DNA of 64,000 nucleotides from an uncultured Methylomirabilota bacterium (GTDB lineage: Bacteria > Methylomirabilota > Methylomirabilia > Methylomirabilales > 2-02-FULL-66-22), in NCBI GenBank assembly GCA_963845565.1, contig CAWJSJ010000002.1, positions 1,248,001-1,312,000 of the forward strand. Direction: 5' to 3'. Shown here one piece after another: positions 27,306 through 38,512 of this stretch. Below the pieces are notes generated by a model that had not been told where the DNA came from, did not search any database, and saw only the letters and a list, made by a program, of their open reading frames with translations. The translations under genes were made by a program, and so were the position numbers. Each line of letters opens with the position of its first letter. The stretch's first letter is position 1.

Positions 27306-28274
27306 TTACGCCAGGGCGAAAGCGTAGCTTGCGCCGTCCTTGACGATCCTGCCCGCCGCCGGGAACGGGAAGTGGTAACCGGTGACCATGGTCTTGTCCG
27401 CGACCGCCCGGTCAAGGAGTTTCCGGCGGGTCGCCTCGGCGGTCGGCGCATCCTGATCGAAGGCCGCCTGCCAGCCCGGGTTCTTCACGAACAGAGCGGG
27501 GATGTTGGTCACGTCGCCCAGCACGATGAGTTGGTCGTTTCCAGAGCTGACATGGAATGCGGTGTGGCCCGGGGTGTGGCCGGGCGCGGCGATCGCCCGG
27601 ATGCCGGGAACGACTTCCTTATCCCCCTCGAACACCTGCACCTTGTCCTTCATCAGCGGGAACATCTCCTGGACGCGCCTGGCGAGAGGACGGCGCGCTT
27701 CGGGTAACTTCTCGATTCCGGAGGGATCCATCCAGAAGCCGTACTCGACCGACGGCACATGGACGACCGCGTTCGGGAAGACCACCTTGTTCTCCGGGGC
27801 CTTGGTCATCAGCCCGAAGATGTGGTCCGGGTGGAAATGCGAGATCACGATATGGTTGACCGAGGCCGGATCGACACCGGCGGCCGCCAGGTTCTTCATG
27901 AACACGCCAGCCTTGGGACCTCCCGTCTGTCCCCCGGTGCCCGTGTCGATCAGCACGACCTGGCCGCCGGTCTTGACCAGATTCGGCGTGAAGGGGATCG
28001 GAACGAAGTCGGTCGGAAGGCTGGCAGCGGCGAGGGCGGCCTTGGTCTCGTCCACCGAAGCGTTCTTGATGAAGGCGGGATCGTGCGCCTTCTCCCAGAT
28101 ACCGTCAGAGAGCGCAGTGACTTCGATGCTGCCCACGTTGTACCGATGGAAGCCTCGCTCCATCGCTGTCTGGGCCTGTGCGGGTCCAAGAAATGCCATC
28201 CGACGGTCGAGCCCTAGCACAGCGGCCGCTGCCGCTGAAGAAAGGATCAATTTTCGACGGCTGATCTCGTACAT
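27306..28274 (-). CDS. Tat-exported MBL-fold metallo-hydrolase
   Basis: SRRKLI twin-Arg signal; HFHPDH, GHTPGH, GD, GYHF. Confidence 0.9.
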   Translation of the reverse strand: MYEISRRKLILSSAAAAAVLGLDRRMAFLGPAQAQTAMERGFHRYNVGSIEVTALSDGIWEKAHDPAFIKNASVDETKAALAAASLPTDFVPIPFTPNLVKTGGQVVLIDTGTGGQTGGPKAGVFMKNLAAAGVDPASVNHIVISHFHPDHIFGLMTKAPENKVVFPNAVVHVPSVEYGFWMDPSGIEKLPEARRPLARRVQEMFPLMKDKVQVFEGDKEVVPGIRAIAAPGHTPGHTAFHVSSGNDQLIVLGDVTNIPALFVKNPGWQAAFDQDAPTAEATRRKLLDRAVADKTMVTGYHFPFPAAGRIVKDGASYAFALA

Positions 28275-28695
28275 GCTGACACTCCTTTTTTCTGGCGTCC
28301 TGGGAGAACCCCCAAGACCACTTAGGCGAACGCCGCAGAAACCAAAAGATACGCTCAACAACCGGACACCGACGCTGTAATCCAGGCCGTCAGTCCTTCT
28401 ACCATTGGCAATCAGGACCGCACGACCTCGCGTCCTCCTCACCGTTACTAAACACAAACAGGAGTAAATTGGTTCCCAATAATTTGGAAGTTAACAAGGC
28501 AAGAAGTGCTGGTCAATAATAATGCAGACATCATCACTTCGGTTTGCGCAGACAGACAAGGAAATAGAGCCGATATTCGGAGAGGGAAACCGGGCGAGAG
28601 GGGAACGGCCCGGCGTCTCAGGGGGTTGGCAAGCACCCGGGGGTAGAAAACCGCGCGCGGGAGCCGCTGGGCGAGGGGTGCGATGATGCCGAGGC

Positions 28696-29619
28696 TTATC
28701 GGCCGGGCTGGGGGCGCTCGATCTTGCCGGCCCGCACCAGGATCGACCCGATGATGATCCCTCCGGCGCCGGTGGCTTGGAGCGCGGTTGGCACTTCCCC
28801 CAACGCCGGCCAGGCAACTAGCAGAGCGACGACCGGTGTGAAGTTCGTGTACACGGCGGTGCGAGTACTGCCGATCTGACGGATACAGAAATACCAGAGG
28901 AAGTACGCGGTGGCGATGGCAAATGCCCCGCTGTACAGGACCGCAAGCCACGAGATGGCGCGGACGGCTGCCCAGTCTTGCCCCAAAAGCGCCGGCAGAG
29001 ACGCGATCAGCAAACCTGCGGTTCCGACCCACATGGTCGCGGCGGTCACCGGGACGACGCCGTACCGGTGCACCAAGGGAACCGAGCCGACGGTGTACAC
29101 CGACCAGGCCATGGCCGCCACAAGCACGGCCAGGTCGCCTCTCAGGGTTCCGGCGCCAAAGCTCACCCCCGCGGTTCCGCCCAGGACGACAAGCGCGATC
29201 CCCAGCACCGAGAGTCCGACGCCGAACACGGCGGTTGGGCTACTTCGTTCCTGGCGGAAGATCAGCGAGAGCATCGTGGTGAACACGGGCGTCGTCGCCA
29301 GGATCAGACTGGCGTTGCCGGCCAGCGTCCAGGCGATCCCGTAAATGAACAGCACCTGGTATACTGTGGTTCCGACGAGACCCAGCCCGATCACCGCCGA
29401 CCAGTGAAGCCGACTGATCCGTACGCGATCACCCCCCGCCTTGAGGAACACCCACAGCACGCCGGACGCGAGAAGAAAGCGCAGTGAGGTGAAGGCGAGC
29501 GGCGTCAGGTCGCGCAACGCCAGCTTGACCAGCGAGAAATTGACGCCCCAGAACAGGACGAGCGCCAGGAGCGCGACACGGGTGCGACGGTGCGCGGAGC
29601 TCGGTGGTGGGTTCGTCAC
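28696..29619 (-). CDS. DMT (EamA) family transporter
   Basis: FWGVNF, about 10 hydrophobic segments, two EamA halves; start uncertain. Confidence 0.88.
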   Translation of the reverse strand: MTNPPPSSAHRRTRVALLALVLFWGVNFSLVKLALRDLTPLAFTSLRFLLASGVLWVFLKAGGDRVRISRLHWSAVIGLGLVGTTVYQVLFIYGIAWTLAGNASLILATTPVFTTMLSLIFRQERSSPTAVFGVGLSVLGIALVVLGGTAGVSFGAGTLRGDLAVLVAAMAWSVYTVGSVPLVHRYGVVPVTAATMWVGTAGLLIASLPALLGQDWAAVRAISWLAVLYSGAFAIATAYFLWYFCIRQIGSTRTAVYTNFTPVVALLVAWPALGEVPTALQATGAGGIIIGSILVRAGKIERPQPGR

Positions 29620-29734
29620 AGCCCGTCGCCATCTCGTTCGTCGGGGTGGACCATCTCTACCCGCAAAAACCCTTCCGGGGGACCGCGTCAATCCGCGACC
29701 CCCGGAAGCTCAACCGACGCGTTGTGGGGACAAG

Positions 29735-29764
29735 AGAATCCCTTGGAAGGCCCCCCGGTGTCAA
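29735..29764 (-). promoter_or_regulatory. Sigma70-type promoter upstream of the DMT gene
   Basis: TTGACA-N18-GATTCT on the minus strand. Confidence 0.5.
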
Positions 29765-29949
29765 GCGGAAGGCCGCGATCGCAGTGCCTCTAAAAGTACG
29801 CCATGCGTACCCCACCGGAGGGGTGTGCGATCGGTGCTTGGTTCCTTCACGATCTCTGTGGTAAGGTGGACACCAACGTGGAAAGGCATCAAGGATCTGA
29901 CACTGGATGGACCACGTCACCCCGCCGTCCTGCAACAAGAGGAGGAGCC

Positions 29950-30408
29950 ATGCGTATCGAACAGGATCTGGAGAAGATGGGGTTCGTCCTTCCCACGCCG
30001 AAACCACTGGCGGCGTACGTGCCCGCCGTCCGGACGGGCAACCTGGTATTCACCGCAGGTCAGGGCCCGAACCTCGACGGGAAGGCGCTGTTCACCGGGA
30101 AGCTGGGCCGGGAGTTGACTGAAGAGCAGGGGTACAAGGCGGCGCAGATCTGTATTGTAAATTGCCTGGCCTGCGTGAAGAGCCTCATCGGAGACCTGGA
30201 CAAAATCGAGCGCGTGGTGAAGATCCTGGGATTTGTTGCCTCGGTGGATGGCTTCACCCGTCAGCCGTGGGTGATGAACGGAGCCTCGGAACTGCTTGTA
30301 AAGCTCTTCGGCGACAAGGGGCAGCATGCGCGCTCGGCCATCGGGACCAATCAGCTTCCGCTCGACATCCCGGTGGAAGTCGAAATGATCGTCCAGGTAC
30401 GGGACTAG
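29950..30408 (+). CDS. RidA / YjgF family protein
   Basis: AYVPAVRTGNLVFTAGQ...NGAS...HARSAIG...PVEVE; GGAGGAG RBS. Confidence 0.9.
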   Translation: MRIEQDLEKMGFVLPTPKPLAAYVPAVRTGNLVFTAGQGPNLDGKALFTGKLGRELTEEQGYKAAQICIVNCLACVKSLIGDLDKIERVVKILGFVASVDGFTRQPWVMNGASELLVKLFGDKGQHARSAIGTNQLPLDIPVEVEMIVQVRD

Positions 30409-30526
30409 GGCGAAGGCGCAACCGGGCGGCACTCCACAGGCCGAGGAATCCCCGCGCTGCCGAGCCGCGACGGCATAACGAGCGCGCCAGGTTCGAACGG
30501 CGCGGGGCGTTGGGCCGAGAGGGTTC

Positions 30527-31798
30527 ATGGTTCGCGATTACGCTCCCGACAGTGAGACGCAGAACGTCCAGCGGCGACGGCGACGCCGAAGGGTATTGAT
30601 CGCAGGCGGTGCGGCCTGCCTGGCGCTACTCGGCGTCGCCGTGTTCGTGGGGGTCGGGTCGCGTCCGGTGCCGCCTCCGGTGACTGCGACTCCGCCGGCT
30701 CCCCCCGCGCCGCCGCCGGCGCCGGTCGTCGGGGCCTTCGGCAAGGGGCGGACCTTCCAGGATGTGCTGAGCGCCCTCGGTGTCGCCAAGGACCGCGCCA
30801 TCCAGATTGTCCAGGCCTTGCGCCCGCACCTCGACTTCCGACGACTGAAGCCCCAGGACGAACTGGAACTCCACCACGACTCTTCCGGGGATTTGGCCAA
30901 GTTGGTGTACCGGCAGAGCCCCATCGACATCGTGGAGGCGACGCGGGCAGGGGATCAGTGGACCGGCGCCCGGCTCGACGTACCCGTGGACCGGCGGGTG
31001 GTCCTGGTCGCGGGTGTCCTCAAGGACAACCTGTTCGAGAGCATAGAACGGGCGGGGGAGCGGCCGCAGATCGTCATGGATTTTGCCGAGATCTTCGCCT
31101 GGGACTTCGACTTTGCCGCCGACTCCCAGCCCGGGGACCGGTTCCGGATGCTCGTGGAGAAAGTGTTCACCGGAGACCAGTTTGTCAAATACGGCCGAAT
31201 TCTGGCGGCCGAGTACGAGAGCGAGGGACAGGTTCACGCCGGCGTGTACTTCAAGGACAAGGACGGGAGCGGCTATTACACGCCGAAGGGTGAATCGCTC
31301 CGGCGGGCGTTCCTGAAATCGCCGCTGGAGTTCACACGGATCAGCTCCACCTTCAGCCGGGGGCGACGGCACCCGATCCTGGGAGGTGTCCGGCCCCACT
31401 TAGCGGTGGACTACGCCGCCCCGCTGGGGACGCCGATCTTCGCCGTGGCGGATGGGACGATCGAGTCCGCGGGCTGGTCCGGTGGCGGCGGCAACACCAT
31501 CGTCCTGCGGCATCGGGCCAACTTCAAGACCATGTACAACCACCTGTCGCACTTCGCCAAGGGAATTCGTGCGGGTACGACGGTCCGCCAGCGACAGGTG
31601 ATCGGCTATGTCGGTTCGACCGGATTGTCCACCGGACCGCACCTGGATTACCGCGTGATGAAAGATGGTCGCTTCGTGAATCCCTTGAAGCAGACCTTCC
31701 TGCCCGGCCAACCCATCTCGCCGTCGAATCACACCACATTTGCACAGACGAGCGCTGCGCTGCTCGCCCAGCTGCGCGGGACGCCCGCCGCGAATTGA
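30527..31798 (+). CDS. M23 family peptidoglycan DD-endopeptidase (Csd3/MepM-like)
   Basis: N-terminal TM segment; HLAVD, YNHL, STGPHLDY. Confidence 0.9.
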   Translation: MVRDYAPDSETQNVQRRRRRRRVLIAGGAACLALLGVAVFVGVGSRPVPPPVTATPPAPPAPPPAPVVGAFGKGRTFQDVLSALGVAKDRAIQIVQALRPHLDFRRLKPQDELELHHDSSGDLAKLVYRQSPIDIVEATRAGDQWTGARLDVPVDRRVVLVAGVLKDNLFESIERAGERPQIVMDFAEIFAWDFDFAADSQPGDRFRMLVEKVFTGDQFVKYGRILAAEYESEGQVHAGVYFKDKDGSGYYTPKGESLRRAFLKSPLEFTRISSTFSRGRRHPILGGVRPHLAVDYAAPLGTPIFAVADGTIESAGWSGGGGNTIVLRHRANFKTMYNHLSHFAKGIRAGTTVRQRQVIGYVGSTGLSTGPHLDYRVMKDGRFVNPLKQTFLPGQPISPSNHTTFAQTSAALLAQLRGTPAAN

Positions 31799-31974
31799 GC
31801 GCGCGCCGGACACCCGGCAGAGGCGCGGGTTGTGGGTCAGGCGTCGAGGCGCGTCGCGTCTCGCCCCCGCAAGACCGCGATGAGGCCTTGTGAGGTTTCG
31901 AGCGCGGCGAGCCGGCGGCGGAGGTCCGTCGGATGTGCGATTCCTCCCTCCCCGTCGAGCCGGTGAGGAGTGTT

Positions 31975-33474
31975 TCAGCGGTCCGGGTCGCCGGACTCCA
32001 CGGTTCGATGTCGCCGGGCCGGGCCGCTCTCGCCGGGGTGCGAATCCGCCGCGGTGTTGGGTTCTCGCTTCCGCCGCCGGGCGGCGATGGCCTTCAACGC
32101 CGCGTGGCGGTACAGATCGGACAGGGTGGGATAGTTGAACATGGTCTCGGCCATCTGCCAAGCGTCCGCCGCATTCCGCAGATATGCCTGGCCGATGTGC
32201 ACCAGCTCGCTGGCGCCGGTTCCGATCACGTGCACGCCCCGCAGGCGGAGGGAGTCGGTCTCGCAGAGCAGCTTCAGGACGCCGTCGGTGTCGCCGAGAA
32301 TCTGCCCCCGGGGGTTCATCTCGTAGAGGCCGTGGCCCGCGACGTAATCCACGCCCTGGCGCTGCAGTTCCTCCTCCGTCTCCCCGATGAAGCTCACCTC
32401 GGGAATGGCGTAGATCGCGAACGGCAGGATCTCGGTGCGGCCCCGCGGACCCGGCACATTGAAGGCGTGGCGGATGGCCTGCCGGCCTTGCTCTGCCGAC
32501 GTGCTGGCGAGGGCGGGGTAGCCGATCACGTCGCCGACAGCGTAGATGTGGGGGTGGGTCGTCTGGAAGAACTCATTGGCCTCCAGAAGCCCCCGCGCGT
32601 TCGGCCGGATCCCGATCTGCTCCAGCCCGAGGTCGCCCGTGTTCCCGTCCCGCCCCACGCAATAGAGCAGGGTGTCCGCCTCGAGGACGTTTCCGTTCCG
32701 CGTGTGACACCGGACCGACGGTCGCGGCCCGGAGATCTCCTCGATCCGCTGATATTGGTCCTGCTGGATGATGAGGATCCGGAGCTTCTTCAGGCTCCGC
32801 ATGAGGAGATCGGCCATCTCCCGGTCGAGGTACGGCAGGAGGCGGTCCCGCGTATCCACCAGCGTCACCTGGATGTCGAGGGACGCGAAGATCGTCGCAT
32901 ATTCGACGCCGACGACGCCGGCGCCGAGGATGATCATCGACTCGGGGACGCGGGTCAGGCGGAGGATGGTGCTGCTGTCGAAGACGGTCTCCCCATCGAA
33001 ACGGATGTCGGTGGGCCGGTTCGGCCGCGAACCCGTGCCGATGACGATGACCTCGCCCCGGACACGGAGGCGCTCCCGACCGTCCCGGCCCGTCACCGCG
33101 ACGGTGTGGGGGTCGAGGAAGCGTCCGTGGCCTTCGATCACCTCGATCGCGTACCGGTCCAGAGTTTGGTTGATCAGTTCCAACTCGCGCTGCACCACGA
33201 CCCGTTCGCGATGCATGAAGTCGGCCATGGTGATGCGCTCCGCGATGTCACAGCGGATGCCTTCGATCTTTCGGGTGGTGAGGCCCAGGACGAACACGGC
33301 GCTCTCGCGGAGGGTCTTGCTGGGGATGGTGCCCCAGTTCACACACGTCCCGCCGACCACGTGCTCGCGCTCGATCAGAGCGACCCGTTTTCCGATGCGG
33401 GCGGCCTGGACGGCCGCCCGCTCGCCCGCCGGCCCACCGCCCAGGATCACCACGTCGTATTGGTTGGTTCCCAT
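31975..33474 (-). CDS. sthA: Soluble pyridine nucleotide transhydrogenase
   Basis: GGGPAG, GGTCVNWGTIPSKTLRE (CxxxxT), GDVIGYPALAS, FNYPTL. Confidence 0.88.
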   Translation of the reverse strand: MGTNQYDVVILGGGPAGERAAVQAARIGKRVALIEREHVVGGTCVNWGTIPSKTLRESAVFVLGLTTRKIEGIRCDIAERITMADFMHRERVVVQRELELINQTLDRYAIEVIEGHGRFLDPHTVAVTGRDGRERLRVRGEVIVIGTGSRPNRPTDIRFDGETVFDSSTILRLTRVPESMIILGAGVVGVEYATIFASLDIQVTLVDTRDRLLPYLDREMADLLMRSLKKLRILIIQQDQYQRIEEISGPRPSVRCHTRNGNVLEADTLLYCVGRDGNTGDLGLEQIGIRPNARGLLEANEFFQTTHPHIYAVGDVIGYPALASTSAEQGRQAIRHAFNVPGPRGRTEILPFAIYAIPEVSFIGETEEELQRQGVDYVAGHGLYEMNPRGQILGDTDGVLKLLCETDSLRLRGVHVIGTGASELVHIGQAYLRNAADAWQMAETMFNYPTLSDLYRHAALKAIAARRRKREPNTAADSHPGESGPARRHRTVESGDPDR

Positions 33475-33538
33475 GCGCCTCTCCCGCACCTCCGACGAAA
33501 GGGAAGTGGTCAGCGGCTACCGGGACTCGGTGCGCCGG

Positions 33539-33595
33539 TTAGGAGCCGTTACGAAATAACTTGTCCATCTGTTGTCATTTCGTTACGGCTCCTTA
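33539..33595. mobile_element. Minimal MITE-like remnant with terminal inverted repeats
   Basis: AGGAGCCGTTACGAAATAAC / GTCATTTCGTTACGGCTCCT (18/20), flanked by a TTA direct repeat. Confidence 0.55.
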
Positions 33596-33640
33596 TGCCG
33601 TTCCCGAAATTCTCCGGTCAAGTCATTCTTTGACAACGGC

Positions 33641-34756
33641 TCATGCGCCGAGGAGATCCAGCGCTTTCACCAGAGCCTCGACGAAGAAATACTCGCCCCA
33701 CATCACCGACTCGTTGACGCCGAGCCCCTTCCGGATGTGGTAGGCGCCGCGCTTCAAGACCCCCTCCCAGCCGGGCGTGCTGCGGCCCAAATACTCGTCG
33801 CCGGTCAGCGTGTCAAGGATCTGCAGCGCCGTGTCGCGGTACAGCCGGGATTTGGCCCGGAGCGGCGTGAAGGACGCCAGATCCAACAGGCCCGAGGCGG
33901 CGATGGCCGCCGCGCTGCTCTCCGGCTGCCGGTGCGGACCCGTGGCGGCCTCGAAGTCGTTGGGCGGCACGCCGTGGAGCGGTGTGCTGTCAATGTAGTA
34001 GTCCGCGTTCAGTTCGGCCGTCTCCAGGAACCGGCGGTCGCGCGTGTACCGGTAGGCGGTTCCGAAGCCGTAGAGCGACCAGGCCAGTCCCCGGGCCCAG
34101 GAGGAGTCGCCGCGAAGTCCCTGGTGCGTACTCTCGCGCAGAAACTCCCCGGACTCCAGGTCGAAGATGCCCTCGTGGACCGTGGAGCCGTCCCCGCGCA
34201 CCAGGTATCGGCGCGTAGTCAGGCAGTGCTCCATGACGCGGTGTTGCAGATCGGCGTCCTGGGTCTCGCGGGCCGCATAGAACATGATCCCCACATTCAT
34301 CATGATGTCGATGAAGGTGGATTCGGGTCCGATGAAGGAGCTGAGGTATCGCCCCTTCTCCTTGAAGCGGAGGCCCATGGTCTTCCCCGCCTGGATCAAC
34401 ACCGCACGGAGAGTCGCGTCCCGGGTCAGGCGGTACCAGTGGTGGTAGGTGGACATGAAGACGAAGCCGAGGTCGTGCACCTCCCGATCGTGTTGTCGCG
34501 GCTCCAGCGGCCGGGAGTACCGCTCGGCCTGCTGGCGGAACCACGGGTCCCCGGTGCGGATGTGGATCAACCACATCATGCCGGGGAAGAAGCCGTCGCA
34601 CCAGTGCGTCCAGGCTTCGCCCTGATGCTTCCATTTCCCGTCCCGCGTGTACATCGGGTAGAAATCGGGGTATCGCTCGACGGTGTTTCGCACTTGGCGC
34701 CCGGCGAAGTCGAGCGCGTCCTTGAGCGTCGGAATCAGGACAGCCGTGTCGATCAT
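33641..34756 (-). CDS. Glycoside hydrolase family 88 (unsaturated glucuronyl hydrolase-like)
   Basis: [23 protein letters not shown]...SWARG.AW..YG, WGEYFF.EAL. Confidence 0.9.
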   Translation of the reverse strand: MIDTAVLIPTLKDALDFAGRQVRNTVERYPDFYPMYTRDGKWKHQGEAWTHWCDGFFPGMMWLIHIRTGDPWFRQQAERYSRPLEPRQHDREVHDLGFVFMSTYHHWYRLTRDATLRAVLIQAGKTMGLRFKEKGRYLSSFIGPESTFIDIMMNVGIMFYAARETQDADLQHRVMEHCLTTRRYLVRGDGSTVHEGIFDLESGEFLRESTHQGLRGDSSWARGLAWSLYGFGTAYRYTRDRRFLETAELNADYYIDSTPLHGVPPNDFEAATGPHRQPESSAAAIAASGLLDLASFTPLRAKSRLYRDTALQILDTLTGDEYLGRSTPGWEGVLKRGAYHIRKGLGVNESVMWGEYFFVEALVKALDLLGA

Positions 34757-34884
34757 GGGCGACTCCTTCTCGACAATGCGGGAGTGACCGGAACGGAGAT
34801 GGGGACCTCGCGAGGGTCACGCAACGGGCGACCGGACCGAGGGTAGCAGACCACCCGAGGGAGGGTCAAGGAACGGCTTCTGGC

Positions 34885-34913
34885 TTGACGCGGCTCCGGT
34901 TCTGGGCGATGCT
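34885..34913 (+). promoter_or_regulatory. Candidate sigma70 promoter for tdh-kbl
   Basis: TTGACG-N17-GATGCT. Confidence 0.4.
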
Positions 34914-35013
34914 TTCCTCGGGCACGCCGGGCCCGCGCTTCGATCACGGCCACCGGGTCGGCCGGTGGCGACGCGGACGGGTCGGCGCTGCACCATTGCT
35001 CGAGGGGGTGTCC

Positions 35014-36057
35014 ATGGGCAGCACAATGAAAGCCCTGGTGAAGAGCCGGCCGGAGGTCGGCCTCCGGATGGAAGAGGTGCCCGTCCCCGAGCCGGGAATC
35101 AACGACGTCCTGATCCGCATCCTCAAGACGGGCATCTGCGGCACCGACCTCCACATCTACGCCTGGGATGCTTGGGCGCAACAGACGATCCCGGTGCCGA
35201 TGGTCGTGGGGCACGAGTTCGTGGGACGCGTGGAGCGGGTGGGGAGCAACGTCACCGGATTCCAGCCGGGGGATCTGGTCAGCGGCGAGGGGCATCTCGT
35301 CTGCGGCCGGTGCCGGAACTGCATGGCGGGCCGGCGCCACCTCTGCCCGCACACCCAGGGGGTGGGAGTCAACCGCCCGGGAGCGTTCGCGGACTATCTC
35401 TGCATCCCGATGACCAACGTCTGGGGGGCGAGTCGTCAGATTCCGCTGGACGTTCTGGCGTGTTTCGATCCCCTCGGCAACGCCGTGCACACGGCGCTGA
35501 GCTTCGACCTCCTCGGCGAGGATGTGCTGATCACGGGCGCCGGTCCGATCGGCTTGATGGCCACCGCGGTGGTGCGCCATGCAGGCGCGCGCCACGTGGT
35601 GGTCACCGACCTGAACCCGGGGCGACTCGGGCTCGCTCGCCGGATGGGCGCGACGGTTGCGGTGGACCCGCGCGCCACGCCGCTCGCCGAGGTGCAGAAG
35701 CACCTGCGGATGAAGGAGGGCTTCGACGTCGGCCTCGAGATGTCGGGGAGCGAGGCCGCGTTCGGCGACATGCTGGCAAATCTGTGCCACGGCGGCCGGG
35801 TGGCTTTGCTGGGGATTCCCGATCGGCCCATGTCGGTGAACTGGAACCTGATCATCTTCAACGGACTGACGATCAAGGGAATCTACGGTCGCGAGATGTA
35901 CGAGACCTGGTACAAGATGACGGTGATGATCCAGAGCGGCCTCGACATCACACCCGTGATCACGCACCGCTTTCCTGCGGATCGGTACGAGGAGGCGTTC
36001 GCTGCCGTCCGATCGGGACAGGCCGGCAAGGTGGTCTTGACCTGGAACGAGGAGTAG
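35014..36057 (+). CDS. tdh: L-threonine 3-dehydrogenase
   Basis: [40 protein letters not shown]; adjacent to kbl. Confidence 0.96.
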   Translation: MGSTMKALVKSRPEVGLRMEEVPVPEPGINDVLIRILKTGICGTDLHIYAWDAWAQQTIPVPMVVGHEFVGRVERVGSNVTGFQPGDLVSGEGHLVCGRCRNCMAGRRHLCPHTQGVGVNRPGAFADYLCIPMTNVWGASRQIPLDVLACFDPLGNAVHTALSFDLLGEDVLITGAGPIGLMATAVVRHAGARHVVVTDLNPGRLGLARRMGATVAVDPRATPLAEVQKHLRMKEGFDVGLEMSGSEAAFGDMLANLCHGGRVALLGIPDRPMSVNWNLIIFNGLTIKGIYGREMYETWYKMTVMIQSGLDITPVITHRFPADRYEEAFAAVRSGQAGKVVLTWNEE

Positions 36058-36060
36058 GCC

Positions 36061-37242
36061 ATGTTCTCGTCGCTACGCGCGCATCTTGCGTCCCAGCTGG
36101 AAACCATCCGCACCGAAGGCTTGTGGAAGGGGGAGCGCCTTCTGGCGAGCGCCCAGGGGGCCCGGATTGCCGTCCAGGGACGGGAGGTGTTGAATCTCTG
36201 CGCGAACAACTACCTGGGCCTGGCCAATCACCCGGAGATCGTCGCCGCAGCCAAGGCGGGCCTGGACCGATGGGGGTACGGACTCTCGTCCGTCCGATTC
36301 ATTTGCGGGACGCAGGACATCCACAAGGAGCTGGAGCGAACGCTCAGCGAGTTCCTGGGAACCGAGGACACGATTCTCTACTCGTCGTGCTTCGACGCCA
36401 ACGGCGGTTTCTTCGAGGCCCTGCTCTCGGAACAGGACGCCATCGTGAGCGACGAGTTGAACCACGCCAGTATCATCGATGGGGTGCGGTTGTGCCGCGC
36501 CCAGCGTTTCCGGTATCGCAACGGAGACCTCGCCGACCTGGAAGCGCGGCTGTCCGAGGCCCGCAGTGCCCGCTTCCGCGTCATCGCCACCGACGGCGTC
36601 TTCTCCATGGATGGCGCCATGGCGCCCCTGGCCGGAATCTGCGCCCTGGCCGAGCGATACGAGGCCCTCGTGCTGGTGGACGATTCCCACGCGACCGGTT
36701 TCGTCGGCCCGGGCGGACGCGGAACCCACGAGCAGGCGGGTGTGATGGGGCGCGTGGACGTGCTGACCGGGACGCTGGGCAAGGCGTTGGGCGGCGCCAG
36801 CGGAGGGTACGTGAGCGGCCGTCGGGAGATCATCGAGTTCCTGCGGCAGCGCTCGCGCCCCTACCTCTTCTCCAACACGGTGCCGCCGGCCGTCGTGGCC
36901 GGGGCGCTCAAGGCCATTGAACTGGTCGAACGCGAGCCCGCGCTCCGGGCGCGCCTGTGGGAGAACACGCGGTATTGTCGCGGACGCATCGCCTCGCTGG
37001 GCTTCACGGTCACGCCGGGCGACCACCCGATCATCCCGATCATGATCGGCGACGCTGCCCTTGCCCACCGGATGGCAGCCCGTCTGCTCGAGAAGGGAAT
37101 CTACGTGGTCGGTTTCGCCTACCCGGTGGTCCCGAGGGGGACAGCCCGGATCCGGGTTCAGATGAGCGCTGCCCTGTCGCGAGAGGAGCTGGACTTCGCC
37201 CTGCGCGCCTTCGCCGACGTCAAGGCCGAGCTTGGGGTCTGA
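36061..37242 (+). CDS. kbl: Glycine C-acetyltransferase (2-amino-3-ketobutyrate CoA ligase)
   Basis: [41 protein letters not shown]. Confidence 0.96.
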   Translation: MFSSLRAHLASQLETIRTEGLWKGERLLASAQGARIAVQGREVLNLCANNYLGLANHPEIVAAAKAGLDRWGYGLSSVRFICGTQDIHKELERTLSEFLGTEDTILYSSCFDANGGFFEALLSEQDAIVSDELNHASIIDGVRLCRAQRFRYRNGDLADLEARLSEARSARFRVIATDGVFSMDGAMAPLAGICALAERYEALVLVDDSHATGFVGPGGRGTHEQAGVMGRVDVLTGTLGKALGGASGGYVSGRREIIEFLRQRSRPYLFSNTVPPAVVAGALKAIELVEREPALRARLWENTRYCRGRIASLGFTVTPGDHPIIPIMIGDAALAHRMAARLLEKGIYVVGFAYPVVPRGTARIRVQMSAALSREELDFALRAFADVKAELGV

Positions 37243-37295
37243 CCGGTGGGATGATCCGTGCACCACACGACGACCAGAAACGGAGGAGGACATTC

Positions 37296-38441
37296 ATGGC
37301 AGAGATGACATCTCGCGAACGTGTGCTGGCGGCCCTCTCGCACCGGCAACCGGACCGCGTTCCGCTTGACCTGGGCGGCACCAGGAACTCCACCATGGTG
37401 GTGGAGGGTTACGAACGGCTCAAGGCGCATTGCGGGATCGTGGCGCCGACGAAGATCATCGAGCGAATGATGCGGGTGGTCGAGGCGGACGAAGGGGTCC
37501 TCAGGACCCTTGCCATCGATACGCGGGGTGTGTTCCCGGGGGGGCCGACCCGGGGATTGGCCGCCGACCTGGGGCCGAACCGCTACCGGGACATGTGGGG
37601 AGTCGAGCGGACCCAGCCGGCGGGGAGCCTCTACTACGACCTGGCGGGATCGCCGCTGGCCGGCGACATCGCGATCGCCGACGTCCTGAAGTACCCGTGG
37701 CCCGATCCGGATGATCCCGGCTTCACCGACGGGCTCAAGGACCGCGTGCGCTGGATCCGATCCCACACGGATGCGGCCGCCGTGCTGGCCCTCCCCGCCG
37801 CGTTCGTCCATATCAGCCAGTACCTGCGGGGCTTCGAGGACTGGTTCTGCGATTTTGTGGTTGATGCGAAGCGACTGGAGGTCCTGTTCGACGCCATCAT
37901 GGACGTCACCATGGCCATTGCCCGACGGCAACTCCTGGAAGTCGGCCGAGAGGTGGATGTGGTGCTCACCTCGGATGATCTGGGGTCTCAGAGCGCCTTC
38001 CTGGTGAGTCGGGAGCACTACCTCAAGTACCTCAAGCCGCGCCAGCAGCGGTTCTTCCGGCAGATCAAGGAGTTGACCGACGCCAAGGTCGTGTTCCATT
38101 CCTGTGGCGCGGTGGCCTCGATCATCGACGACCTGATCGAGATGGGCGTGGATGGTCTGAACCCCGTCCAGCCGCAGGCCTCGGGGATGAATCCGGCGGC
38201 GCTGAAGAAGGCGTACCGTGGCCGGATGGCTTTCTGGGGCGGGACGGACGCGCAGGGCATTGTCCCGCGCGGGAGCGTGGCCGACGTCAAGCGGATGGTC
38301 GAGCAGTTGATCGACGATGTGGGCGAGGGGGGTGGCTACGTCTTCTCCAACTGTCACAACATTCAGCCGGACGTCCCGCTCGAGAACGTGCTAGCGATGT
38401 TCCAGCACGCGCGAGAGTACATGCCTTCGTACGCCAGGTGA
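37296..38441 (+). CDS. Uroporphyrinogen decarboxylase family protein
   Basis: MTSRERV...PDRVP, DDLG, FHSCG, CHNIQ. Confidence 0.88.
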   Translation: MAEMTSRERVLAALSHRQPDRVPLDLGGTRNSTMVVEGYERLKAHCGIVAPTKIIERMMRVVEADEGVLRTLAIDTRGVFPGGPTRGLAADLGPNRYRDMWGVERTQPAGSLYYDLAGSPLAGDIAIADVLKYPWPDPDDPGFTDGLKDRVRWIRSHTDAAAVLALPAAFVHISQYLRGFEDWFCDFVVDAKRLEVLFDAIMDVTMAIARRQLLEVGREVDVVLTSDDLGSQSAFLVSREHYLKYLKPRQQRFFRQIKELTDAKVVFHSCGAVASIIDDLIEMGVDGLNPVQPQASGMNPAALKKAYRGRMAFWGGTDAQGIVPRGSVADVKRMVEQLIDDVGEGGGYVFSNCHNIQPDVPLENVLAMFQHAREYMPSYAR

Positions 38442-38512
38442 CGGGGGCTTGAGGACTCGGCGGGCGGCGGAGGCCCTAACCCCCGCCGCAGTGAGACCCG
38501 CAGGAGCGCCAC

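Noticed and set aside
28275..28695. AT-rich stretch as a further element end or ncRNA
   Set aside because: Lacks the TTGACA-N18-GATACT and terminal motifs; probably the upstream region of an acquired MBL gene.
29735..29764. TTGACA-N18 promoters at 29764 and 43262 as extra copies of the IS91-like end
   Set aside because: No downstream CCAAAAGC-AATTCC-TCAC terminus. They show that an 18-nt spacer is also a host promoter feature, which weakens spacing alone as evidence.
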